A DNA stretch of 64,000 bases from an uncultured delta proteobacterium (lineage in GTDB: Bacteria; Myxococcota_A; Polyangia; Fen-1088), in NCBI GenBank assembly GCA_963796685.1, contig CAWCMR010000009.1, positions 329,037 to 393,036 on the forward strand. The letters run 5' to 3'. The notes under the pieces were generated by a model that made no database searches, was not told where the DNA came from, and worked only from the letters and a program-made list of their open reading frames with translations. The translations under genes and the position numbers were made by a program. Positions 30,517 to 40,070 of this stretch are shown in pieces. The number at the start of each line of letters is the position of its first letter. The first letter of the stretch is position 1.

Positions 30517-33215
30517 CTACGAGTACTGCGCCAGCCAGCGGCGGCTGTGGCTGTCGAGAGCCTCGGGCACGGGTACGAGGAAGCGCATGCCAAAGGAATC
30601 GGTGATGAGGTGACGGCCGTCGTCCAAACGGCGGATGTGATCTTCTTGTTCGACGACGAAGCTGCGTGGCCCCCGATCCGTGACCACGTGCCACTCGGAC
30701 CGCGTCGCTTCGTGCACGACGCGCTCGATGCGCGTGACCTGGGGTAGGAACTCGCTTTGGGCCAGGCCGGTCAGCAGTGCCTGGCGCGAGTCCTCGGCAA
30801 GGGCATCGACGTGCTCGACAAGGGCCCGGTCATGCCCAAGCCCGTCGACGAGGCACACGAAGCCATCGGGATGGGTGAGCGGGAAACAGCGACGTGGCAC
30901 CACGAGGACGGGCGCGCCGCCCGCACCGTCTTTGGCCCAGAGATTACCCTCGCCGTCGCACTCGATGGCCAGCCGGCCAGCTTCGATGGACGGCAGCATC
31001 AGGTATTCCGTTTCCTCCTCGTCTTGCGCCTGCGCAACCTCCGCATCGCGTCGGGCGGCGGATGAAACCTGGGCGCGATGCAGACGCGCGTATTCGCCGT
31101 CGAGGGCGAGCAGCTCGGCGTGCGTTCCACGCTCGGCCAACCGGCCGTCCTTGATCACGAGCAACATGTCCGCCTTGCGCAGGGTGCTCAATCGATGGGC
31201 GATGGCGATGGTGGTGCGGCCCGCGACCACGTTGTCGAGCGCGCGCTGAATCTCGCGTTCGGTGTGCGTGTCCACCGCGGAGGTCGCCTCGTCGAGCACC
31301 AAAATCCGCGGGTCGACCAGGATGGCGCGCGCGATGGCGATGCGTTGGCGCTCGCCGCCCGACAACGATTGGCCGCGCTCGCCGACCACCGAGTCGTAGC
31401 CTTCGGGCAGCTTCAAGATGAAGTTGTGCGCATGCGCGGCCCGGGCAGCCTCGATGATCTGGGCGAAACTGGCGTTCGGCTGGCCATACCCGACGTTGTC
31501 GGCGATGGTGCCGAAAAAGAGAAAGGGTTCCTGCAGGACGATACCGATGTGCTTGCGATAGGCCTCGATGGAGAGCCGCCTTATGTCGTTGCCGTCGACA
31601 CGCACCGCGCCCCCCGAGACGTCGTAGAAGCGGCACAGAAGGTTGGCGACCGTGCTCTTGCCCGAGCCGGTGTGGCCCACGATGCCGATCATCTGACCGG
31701 GGGCCACTTTGAAGCTGACGTCGTCGAGCACCAGCCTGCTGCCGTACCGGAACGACACCCGATCGAACTGGATCTCGCCGCGCATACCGTCGATAGGGAC
31801 GGGATCCTTGGGATCGAAAACCGTCGGCACGCGGTCGAGAATTTCGAACAGTCGTTGCGCGGCCGCCGACGCGCGCTGGGTGGCGGTGAGCATGCGGCTC
31901 ATGCTCTCCACCCGGGTGTAGAAACGGCCGATGTACGCGATGAACGCGGTGAGCACGCCGACGGTGATCTGGTGGTGCAGGACCTCGCGCGCGCCGGCCG
32001 CCCAAACGACGAGCAACCCAATCTGATTGAGCAACGCGACCGACGGCCAGAAGAACGTCCACATGGCGTTGTTGCGGTTGTTGATTTCGACGACGCGCTG
32101 GTTGGCTTGGGCGAAACGGGCGATCTCGCGCCGCTCTTGCGAGAAGGCTTTGACCACGCGAATGCCCGGGATGGTGTCGGCCAGGATGTTGGTCATGGCC
32201 GACCACATGCGCCCGCCGCGCAGATAGCCGTGCAACATCTTGCCGCGAATACGCATGATGAGCCACGCGATGGGGGGAAGGAGATGATGGCCGCGACGGC
32301 GAGCGTGGTATCGAGCGAAAGCAGGACGACACAGGTGCTGACGATCATCAGCACATCGGTGGCGAAGTCGACCAGCGTGTCGGAGAGAAACGAGCACAGG
32401 TGCTCGGTGTCCGAGCTGATGCGCGCGATCAGATCGCCGGTGCGCTTGCCACCGAAGTACTCCAGGCTGAGCTTCTGCAAGTGCGAAAAGGCGCGGTTGC
32501 GCAGATCCGCCGCCACCTTCTCGGTCACGATGGCCAGCACCGCTCCTTGCGCCCAGACCAGCAGCCACGCGACGGCGGCCGCGCCGCCCAGGCTGCCGAG
32601 ATAGAGCAGGACTTTGGGCAGGGCGGCCTGCATGGTGAGCTGCCCGGCCTGGCCCGGCACCAGCACCTGGTCGACGAGCGGCATGGTCAAGTAGGGCGGG
32701 ATCAGGCCCGCCGCCGTGCTCGCAAGGGTGAGCAGCAGGCCGAAGAGCACGGCGCCAAGGTGCGGCCGCGCAAAACCCAAGAGTCGCAAGAGCGGGTGCC
32801 TTCCGCTTACCGGCAACTCGGAGCTGTCCTGCTCGTCGGCGGGCGCCACGGGCCGCGCATGGGCCTGCCGCTTGCCCTGCTGCGCCTCGAAGGCGTCGGC
32901 GAACTCGGTTGCCTCCTTGGCCGCGGCCAAGGTGTGAAAGCGGCGGACCACGGTCCGCGTCCCCTCGATCACGCGCACCTCGCCGAGTCCCGCGTATTCG
33001 CGACGGTCGAGGCGAAGTCCCGGCGTGAGCGCGCACGCCGTCCACCCTCCGTCGGCGGCTTTCCAGCACACGCGCATGGAGGTCAAGGCAAGGGTGGAGG
33101 CGGTGTAGTGCAGATGCTCGTCCAGATCCGGCGCGAAGATCGCGCGCACGCTCTCGCCGTCGGCGAGCGTGAGTCCGAGGGGAGGGTCGAGGAGCGAAGA
33201 AGCAGCATCGGTCAT
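30517..33215 (-). CDS. ABC exporter (TMD-NBD) with N-terminal PH-like domain and C-terminal DUF1854-like domain; frame disrupted at the G6 tract 32272-32277
   Basis: Walker A GHTGSGKST, signature LSGGERQRIA, Walker B ILVLDEATSAVD. The N-terminus (from ATG 33215) and the TMD lie in ORF 32193..33272, and the rest lies in ORF 30517..33069. The C-terminal ~150 aa (EFLPQVTRIERV...WHVVTDRG...IRRL...ITDSFGMRF) resembles DUF1854 from memory. The reconstructed length is 3n+2. Confidence 0.8.
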
Positions 33216-33296
33216 GGGCGAGGATCCGGTAGCGCCCACTTTACCAGGATCGTCACCAGCGAGGGAAAGCACGTCGGGCGCCGACGCGAGCCCAGC

Positions 33297-34271
33297 TCAC
33301 GTGAAAACTCGGCCCTGCCGCGCGGATACCAGGTAGCTTTCCCCACCCCGGCCTTGCCAGGCGCGCAGGTCAAACGCCGCATCGTGGTCGCCGGCACGGA
33401 TACGGTAGGCGGAGATGTTCTCATAGGTCAGCGGCTGGCCGGGCAGGCAAGTTTGGGGCAGCCCCGGGGCGAGCAGGAAACACGCCGATCCGCGATTCGA
33501 GTCCGGACGTTTGTCGACCACGGTGCCAAGGCCATCGGCTTCGACCAGGACTGCCGTCATTTCGTCGACAGCGATCGCGCGCGGTGCTTTGGCCCATCCG
33601 TCTTGCGCCAAGCGAGCCAGGAAGGCGAGCAGCCTTCCCATGCGATCGCGATCGTGGAAGTGGCTGTCGGTGATCGCGTTGCGCAGGTACGCGTAGGGCG
33701 TCCCTAGGCTCGGTGAATAGACGAGCGCACGCTCGAGGGTCATGCACGCGTGGTAGGGATCGGCGAGCGCTTCGCTGGAATACACCGTATCGTTGCTGGC
33801 GGAGAACAGGAATTCGCCCAGTACCGCCAAGCCTGCGCTCGAGCCTCCCATGGGCACACCCCGGCGCAAGAGATCGCCGATGGCCTGCTGAACGGGCGTG
33901 TCCTTCCACATCCTGACGTAGTCCCACTGGTCGCCACCCTGGATGAAGAGCGCGTCGGCGCCGCGGATGGTCCGGAGTACCGCGGGGTCCGCGGTTGCGT
34001 CGCGCGACGAGAAGATCAGGGTCTCCACGGACGATGGATGCGGCGGCGGCAGGTCTTGATAGATGTAGCGGCCGTATTCGTCGCTGCCGTCGGCGCCAAT
34101 GACGACGAAGCGGCCCCAGCCCGATTTGGCGAAGAGCCAAGCAAAGGCGCTGTCGACTTCGGGCGGCGGGCCCTCCGGCGGTCCGCCGAGCAAGGCCATC
34201 CCGGGCGTGACCGGCCCGCGCGGCGTGGGGCGGCTCGAAGAATGGACGTAGGACGCGTATCCCGTGGGCAT
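33297..34271 (-). CDS. Peptidase S51 family, cyanophycinase-like
   Basis: IQGGDQWDY and the nucleophile motif GGSSAGLAVLG. No signal peptide. Starts 3 nt after the cphA-like stop. Confidence 0.7.
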   Translation of the reverse strand: MPTGYASYVHSSSRPTPRGPVTPGMALLGGPPEGPPPEVDSAFAWLFAKSGWGRFVVIGADGSDEYGRYIYQDLPPPHPSSVETLIFSSRDATADPAVLRTIRGADALFIQGGDQWDYVRMWKDTPVQQAIGDLLRRGVPMGGSSAGLAVLGEFLFSASNDTVYSSEALADPYHACMTLERALVYSPSLGTPYAYLRNAITDSHFHDRDRMGRLLAFLARLAQDGWAKAPRAIAVDEMTAVLVEADGLGTVVDKRPDSNRGSACFLLAPGLPQTCLPGQPLTYENISAYRIRAGDHDAAFDLRAWQGRGGESYLVSARQGRVFT

Positions 34272-34274
34272 GGT

Positions 34275-36365
34275 CTAGACCTCGCGCAACAGCAATGGAA
34301 GGCGCGCCGCAATCGTTTCCGCCGGTACGCCCATGGCCCACGCCGCACCCGCTGCCTGGAGCCAGCCGCGCCACGCGCCTTCGGCAAGAGTCCGCTCCGC
34401 GCCAAGAGGCACCGCGTGCTCCTTCCCATCGCACGACAGAAATACCAGATGGCCATCGTGAAGGAAGACGGCGGCACATCCCCCGTGCCGGGCGCGAACC
34501 GACGCGTCGTCGCCCACGATCATCATCGTGCCGGCAATGGAGTCCACGGCTGCCAGCGCTGCATCGTCGCGGTCATCGATCACCACGGTGCCGCGAGGCT
34601 GGGCGACCAAGACCAAGACGCCAGCGGCTCGGGCGCTCTCGGCATCGAGTACGGCCGCGACTTCGGGGTCGAACGTCAAAATCGCGGCATCGACGCAATC
34701 GAGACCCAAGCCCTCCTCGCGAATGCTCGCCGGATCGCGCTCCAGCACAGCCGAGTCGACCTCGGGACACAGCAGGACCGCAAGACTGCCGGAAACGCCG
34801 CTTTGATCGCCGCCTTTGATGGGCTCTCCATCGAGAAAGAGGCCGCGCGAGCTCGCCGTGCCGATCCCGCGGCCAGGCGCGCGCAGGAGCTCGGCCAGAA
34901 GGCGGCCAGTGCGAGCCCGATCGCCGGTGCCGCTCACCAGGGCGAGCGGGATGCGACCGGTCTTGCCGTCGGGAAAGAGCGAATCGATGATGGCCTCGCA
35001 GACCGGACGGTGGCTGTCGCACAGGGGCGGAAAATGAAACGCGATGGTCGGTTCGGCGTTCACTTCGAGAATCGCGCCCCCCTGCTCTTCCAGTGGCCGC
35101 GCGATATCCTCGGCGACCACGTCCAACCCGGCCACATCCAGACCGATCACGCGTGCCGCGCGCACGCATTGCGCGGCCACACGTGGGTGTACGAGATCGG
35201 TCACATCGCTAACACCCGCGCCCGCCCAAGAATGGGCGATACGACTCAAGACCACCTCGCGCCCGGCCGGCACCACGGCGGCGAGCGCGTAACCCTGCTC
35301 GGCCAACAGCTGGGGCGTGTCGTCGTCCGGGCAAACCCGGGTCAGGGGCAACCGCAGATCGTCGCCGCGCCTGGGATCCCGGTTGGCGATCTCCATGAGC
35401 TGCGCAACCGTGTGCTGGCCATCCCCGGTCAGACGAACCGGTTCGCGGCGCACCGCCGCGACCAACCGATCGCCCACCACGGTCAGGCGGTATTGCGCCC
35501 CTGGCACGAAGCGCTCGACCAGCACCTCTTCGCGATACTCCCGAGCGGCGGCGTAGGCAGCCACCACCTGCTCGCGGGTGTGCAGGTGAAGGCCAATCCC
35601 GTGGCCATAGTCGGCGCTCGCGGGCTTGACTACCACCGGCGTGCCCAGCTCGCACGCGATGGACCATGCGTGCTCGGCGCTGTCGGCTTGACGACCGATG
35701 GGAACGGGAATCCCGACCTGCGCGAGCAGCTCTTTCGTCAGCTTCTTGTCGAGCGAGATCCACTCGGCGATCTTGCCCGTGCGTTCGGTCACCGAGGTTC
35801 GGATCCGTCGGCGCTGCGCTCCGTGACCAAGCTGCACCAGGCTCTCACCGTCGAGGCGGCGATAGGGAATGCCCCTGGCGCGCGCGGCGGCCACCAGTGG
35901 TCCGGTCGCCCGGCCCAGGCACACGTCTTCGGCAAGAGAGCGCAGCCGTGCCGTTTCTGCGGGCACATCGAGAGCTTCGCCGGCCAGGGCCGCCAAGCAC
36001 ATGCGTCGAGCGGATTCGAGGCAAGCGCGCGCGAGGCGTTCCTCTTCATAGGCGAAGGCGATGTCCACGGTCGCGGACGACGCGCGCGGGGCGATGGCCG
36101 CGCAACCCGCGGGCGTGCTGGCCAGGGCTTGCAGATGCACGGCAACACCGCGCAAGGCATCGGCCACGCGCACTTGCGGAGGCCGCGACGGGTCCTCGCA
36201 GGCCGGGGACCAGCCCGGAAGCGAGGCGGACAGTCGCTGCTCGAGCTCCACCACGCCGTGGGCGGGTAGGCCTGGGTACGCCGCGACCGACACGCGCGCC
36301 TCGAGCGCGGAATCCGGCCCCCACACGTTGGGGCCCTGCAGCGCCCTCACCTTGAGCAATTCCAT
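34275..36365 (-). CDS. cphA: Cyanophycin synthetase-like protein, short form with degenerate Mur-ligase (M) domain (CphA2-like)
   Basis: CphA-type N-terminus MELLKVRALQGPNVW. ATP-grasp G domain (VVVKPASADYGHGI, YRLTVVGDRLVAAVRREP, EVNAEP). The M-domain P-loop position reads VSGTGDRARTG instead of a GKT-type P-loop, and the protein ends at about 696 aa. Start set at ATG 36365. Confidence 0.8.
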   Translation of the reverse strand: MELLKVRALQGPNVWGPDSALEARVSVAAYPGLPAHGVVELEQRLSASLPGWSPACEDPSRPPQVRVADALRGVAVHLQALASTPAGCAAIAPRASSATVDIAFAYEEERLARACLESARRMCLAALAGEALDVPAETARLRSLAEDVCLGRATGPLVAAARARGIPYRRLDGESLVQLGHGAQRRRIRTSVTERTGKIAEWISLDKKLTKELLAQVGIPVPIGRQADSAEHAWSIACELGTPVVVKPASADYGHGIGLHLHTREQVVAAYAAAREYREEVLVERFVPGAQYRLTVVGDRLVAAVRREPVRLTGDGQHTVAQLMEIANRDPRRGDDLRLPLTRVCPDDDTPQLLAEQGYALAAVVPAGREVVLSRIAHSWAGAGVSDVTDLVHPRVAAQCVRAARVIGLDVAGLDVVAEDIARPLEEQGGAILEVNAEPTIAFHFPPLCDSHRPVCEAIIDSLFPDGKTGRIPLALVSGTGDRARTGRLLAELLRAPGRGIGTASSRGLFLDGEPIKGGDQSGVSGSLAVLLCPEVDSAVLERDPASIREEGLGLDCVDAAILTFDPEVAAVLDAESARAAGVLVLVAQPRGTVVIDDRDDAALAAVDSIAGTMMIVGDDASVRARHGGCAAVFLHDGHLVFLSCDGKEHAVPLGAERTLAEGAWRGWLQAAGAAWAMGVPAETIAARLPLLLREV

Positions 36366-36477
36366 CGGCGTATCTATTGCCGATCCATGTGTCCGAGTCC
36401 AGGCCTCCTGGCACACCCTCTGCTCGACCTGTCCGAGCAGCTCGCTGCCCTGACCGCGCGATTCAGGACCTGAGCCG

Positions 36478-37500
36478 CTACCGGCCTCCTGCGTGCCACG
36501 GCGTGAAGCCGCGCCCGCGCGCCGGCTGGGCATCGAGGTCGAGCCAACGCAGCATGATCGCGCGTGCGAGGTGCACGCCGGCGGACTTGCGCATCACATG
36601 CCGGACCGCTTCGGCAGCCGCGTGATCGCCGCCGGCCTCCAGACCCACGACCACCAGGTACAGATCCTCCACGTCGTCGTCTTGCGCGGGATCCACGCGC
36701 TTGGCGGCAGCGAGCGCGTCCCCACGTCTGCCGTCGAGCGCGGCAAAGTAGGCCTCGAGCACGGCCACCGAATCGGGAAAGCCGACAGCGCGGTAGTCGT
36801 CGAGCGCGGATTCGGCATAGCCCACGAGCGCCTGCTTGACCGAGCCCGAGCGCGACTCGGCCAGCATGCGCGTAAGGTAGGCGCGGTGCCAGCGATCCTT
36901 CTGCAGGGCGAGGGTCGCGCGCCCCCGCGCATCCCACGTTCCACGCGCAGCGCACAGGGTCGCCTGATCGTTCTCGGCCAGGGCCGCGGCCGGATCGCCC
37001 TGCGCTTCCCGGACCATCATCATCATGTTGTGCGACCAGAACTCGTCGGCCAGCTCGGGGTGCTTGGCGAGGGCGGGGATAAGGGCCAGCAACGCCGCGC
37101 CCGCGCGTTCGAAGTCGCCCGCATACGCGAAGCGCATCGCGCGCACGCGTGCCGCAAGATACGCGAGGTGCACATCGTCGCCTGCATCCGCGGTCGCGAA
37201 CGCGATCTGCTGGTCTGCTTTGGTCATGTCGTTCGCCGCGATGGCCTTCACCGCCGCATCGAGAGCCTGCTGGAGTGCCGGAGGCAAAGGCGATGGTCCG
37301 GGCGGGACGGGTGGGGCCGGAGCTGGTGCTGGAAGTGGAGGCGCAGGGGCCACCCCGGGAGCGGCCGAAGTGGGTGGACCGGGAGCGGGCGGAGGCGGTG
37401 CGGGCGCGAACGAGGTCGGGGCGACCGGAACCGAGGCGCACGCGCCAGGCAGGGCGGCCGCAAGAGTCAGACCGGCGATGGCGGGCAGTCGGTATCGCAT
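36478..37500 (-). CDS. Hypothetical lipoprotein with Pro/Ala-rich linker and helical (TPR-like?) domain
   Basis: Signal/lipobox LPGAC, then a PAPPPPAPGPP linker. The remainder is alpha-helical by composition, and no family was recognised. Confidence 0.5.
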   Translation of the reverse strand: MRYRLPAIAGLTLAAALPGACASVPVAPTSFAPAPPPPAPGPPTSAAPGVAPAPPLPAPAPAPPVPPGPSPLPPALQQALDAAVKAIAANDMTKADQQIAFATADAGDDVHLAYLAARVRAMRFAYAGDFERAGAALLALIPALAKHPELADEFWSHNMMMMVREAQGDPAAALAENDQATLCAARGTWDARGRATLALQKDRWHRAYLTRMLAESRSGSVKQALVGYAESALDDYRAVGFPDSVAVLEAYFAALDGRRGDALAAAKRVDPAQDDDVEDLYLVVVGLEAGGDHAAAEAVRHVMRKSAGVHLARAIMLRWLDLDAQPARGRGFTPWHAGGR

Positions 37501-37738
37501 GGGGAAAGCTTACACGTCTTCGGGAGCACCGGCGACAGTGCCCTTTGCCTCGCAATCCCGCGGCAAGACGAAACTTTTCGCCCAGTCGGGCGGCCAAGGG
37601 CGGCGGTCGAACATTGCATTGCGCGCTCATCGCGCTAGTCTCCGGTGCGGTTACGCGTGGGTGGAGGATCGATCTCGTTGTTGTTTCAGGTATCAGTCCC
37701 TCCTGCCACAACTCGAATCAGCAAAGGAGGATCGGATC

Positions 37739-38584
37739 ATGGGGAAGTCAATGATGCGTGGAAAGCTGTTTGGGCTGTTCTTGGTCGCCGGTGGATTGCT
37801 CGTGCCGCGCGCGACTCTGGCGGATGACGACAGTAGATGCGCGGGGCTACCCTCGCAAAGTGCGCTGCAAAGTGCGCTGGTGGCCGCAGTCGCGGCGGAA
37901 ACCAGCGGGCTCAACAATCACATGTGGGCCACCGTCGTCAATCGCGACGGAGTGGTCTGCGCCGTGGCTTTCTCGGGCAGCAATCGCGCCGCCCAATGGC
38001 CGGGCAGCCGCGTTGTCGCGGCACAGAAGGCCAACACCGCGAACGCCTTCAGCCTCGACAGCTCGTCCGCGAGCAACGGCTCGGGGCAGCCGGCCGGACT
38101 GGCGCTTTCTTCGGCCAACCTCTACGCCGGCTCCAATCCCGGTGGCAGCGCGTACGAGTTGCAGATCAGCAATCCGGTGGACACCACCGTCGCCTACGCC
38201 GGCAACCCGGAAAAATACGGAACCAAGAACGATCCCATGGTGGGTCACCGCGTGGGTGGCGTGAACATCTTCGGCGGTGGCCTGGCGCTCTATACCCCGG
38301 GGCACGTGCTCATCGGAGGCTTGGGCGTCAGCGGAGACACTTCCTGCGCGGACCACTTCATCGCATGGCGCACGCGCAATCAGCTCAACCTGGACCACCT
38401 CGGTGCATCGGGCTCGACTCCGGCGGTCGGCGGAGTCTCGGGCGATCCGCAGCGTCCCGACAACATCGTCTTCGACATCACCCCCAACCCTCAAGGCGGT
38501 ACGGGAGTGAGCGCCGGGGGCTTCGGTCACCCCATGTGCGTGAACACGGGAAACCAGCTCGCACTTCCCGCCGTTCGACCGTAA
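37739..38584 (+). CDS. Secreted GlcG/HbpS-like (DUF336) protein
   Basis: Strong SD AAAGGAGG 8-10 nt upstream of ATG 37739. Signal peptide, then TVVNRDGVVCAVAFSG...VAAQKANTANAFS, typical of DUF336. Confidence 0.7.
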   Translation: MGKSMMRGKLFGLFLVAGGLLVPRATLADDDSRCAGLPSQSALQSALVAAVAAETSGLNNHMWATVVNRDGVVCAVAFSGSNRAAQWPGSRVVAAQKANTANAFSLDSSSASNGSGQPAGLALSSANLYAGSNPGGSAYELQISNPVDTTVAYAGNPEKYGTKNDPMVGHRVGGVNIFGGGLALYTPGHVLIGGLGVSGDTSCADHFIAWRTRNQLNLDHLGASGSTPAVGGVSGDPQRPDNIVFDITPNPQGGTGVSAGGFGHPMCVNTGNQLALPAVRP

Positions 38585-38624
38585 ACCAAGGATCCAGCCA
38601 ATTTGCGCCGGAGGCGCCGGGCGC

Positions 38625-39869
38625 TCAACCCGCCAGTCGCAACAAGGAGCTGCTCATGGCCTCGCACACCTGCTCCATCCGCATCGCGGACTGGTTGTTG
38701 ATGCGCCCGCCGGCCTCGCCTTGCGCGTAGAGCAGCAGGGTGACGTGCCCGTCGACGATGACCGGCGACACGAGGACCTCGGTGGGGGCGTGGCAACGAA
38801 ACGCGTTCCACAACGGGCCGTGTACGGCCATGCCGTCGGGCGGTGGCGTGCCTCGAAAGGTCGACCGGCGGCTGCGGGCGATACGGAAACACGAAGGCAG
38901 GGAAAGCGAGAAGGTGAGGCCCTCGACCTCGGACCGCACGTGCCCGTCGGAGAAGCCGAAACGTCCCCGCGCGACCGCGCCTGCCACGGAAAACATGGCG
39001 CCGACCCCGAAGCAGGTGCGCATGAAGGCAAACAAGCTGTCCGAGAGGTCCTGCTGGTCGGCGGCGAAACGAATCTGATCGACGGCGAGCTGCGCGCCCG
39101 CGCCGGTGATGGGCACCACCAAGGGGGTCAGAGGATTGCGTGAGGCCACCCGAGTCGGCTTGGGCGGCGTACGAGCATCCATGGGTGGGATGTAGGCAAG
39201 CGGCGTGGGCGTGAAGCAAAGCGCGTCTTCCATGACCGCCACGGGTGCGGCAGGCTCGCTCGTGTGCGTGCCCGGCTTGAGCGGCGCGAGGCGAATGCCT
39301 TGGTGGTGGCCTTGGGGAGGCTTGCGATGGGTGCGCAAGGCCGGCCGGATATCATCGTCCTTGGCCACCGGCTTCCTGGACGCGGTCTGGTGCGGGCTTG
39401 GCAGTGCCAGCGCCGGTCGCGGGACGCCGGGCTTACCCTTCCTGCGCACCCCGTAGAGAAGCTCGAGGTGCCGGGCAATGGCCAGCTCCGTGGCCACCAT
39501 GGGATCGACCGTCGCGCCCAGAATGAACGCCAGTCGGTCGAGAGCGCGTGGGTTGGCCGGGTTGGCCATGGCCACCGCGACCCGACGGCGGTTGGTGAGA
39601 AAGAGAGGAATGGCCTGTAGCTCGACCGCTTGGTGGACGACGACGCGCCGGCGCAACGCCAGCTCGGAGCGCGCGAAATCCGCCTCCAGCGCCGGCGGCA
39701 CGCCGAACTGTTCGGCCAGCGCCAGCGCCACCTGATCGTTCGTGAGAGCCCCTGATTCGACGAACCAGGTTCCGATGCGCACCCCCTGCGCATGTTGCTG
39801 GGCGAGCGCAGCCTGTAGAACGGCCTCCGTGATGAGGCCCTGTTTGACCAGAATTTCACCCAACCTCAT
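38625..39869 (-). CDS. T2SSE_N/MshEN-domain protein (predicted c-di-GMP receptor) with uncharacterised C-terminal domain
   Basis: The N-terminus RLGEILVKQGLITEAVLQAALAQQ-HAQGV-RIGTWFVESGALTNDQVALALAEQ matches the tandem 24-residue MshEN motif with its 5-residue spacer. There is no ATPase domain. Start set at ATG 39869. Confidence 0.75.
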   Translation of the reverse strand: MRLGEILVKQGLITEAVLQAALAQQHAQGVRIGTWFVESGALTNDQVALALAEQFGVPPALEADFARSELALRRRVVVHQAVELQAIPLFLTNRRRVAVAMANPANPRALDRLAFILGATVDPMVATELAIARHLELLYGVRRKGKPGVPRPALALPSPHQTASRKPVAKDDDIRPALRTHRKPPQGHHQGIRLAPLKPGTHTSEPAAPVAVMEDALCFTPTPLAYIPPMDARTPPKPTRVASRNPLTPLVVPITGAGAQLAVDQIRFAADQQDLSDSLFAFMRTCFGVGAMFSVAGAVARGRFGFSDGHVRSEVEGLTFSLSLPSCFRIARSRRSTFRGTPPPDGMAVHGPLWNAFRCHAPTEVLVSPVIVDGHVTLLLYAQGEAGGRINNQSAMRMEQVCEAMSSSLLRLAG

Positions 39870-40070
39870 GCCTGCCTCGCCTTCTTCGCACGAGCTTTCG
39901 CCTGATGCGGCTAGGTCGATCACCTGTCATCTCGCGAATGCTATCGGCACCTGCAAAGAGGTTCTGTAGCCCCGGCGCAGCGCAGGTTCAACGCACTGTC
40001 CAACCTCGCGACCGCAAAGCCCTTGCGTCTCGAGACATGGTGCAAGAACATGCCCGTAGAAAGAACTACC

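Noticed and set aside
40026-40035. 10-bp palindrome GTCTCGAGAC (flanked by TTGC...GCAA) upstream of cydA as a possible FNR/CydR-type operator
   Set aside because: It does not match TTGAT-N4-ATCAA. It is too short to distinguish from chance, and it overlaps an alternative upstream start region.
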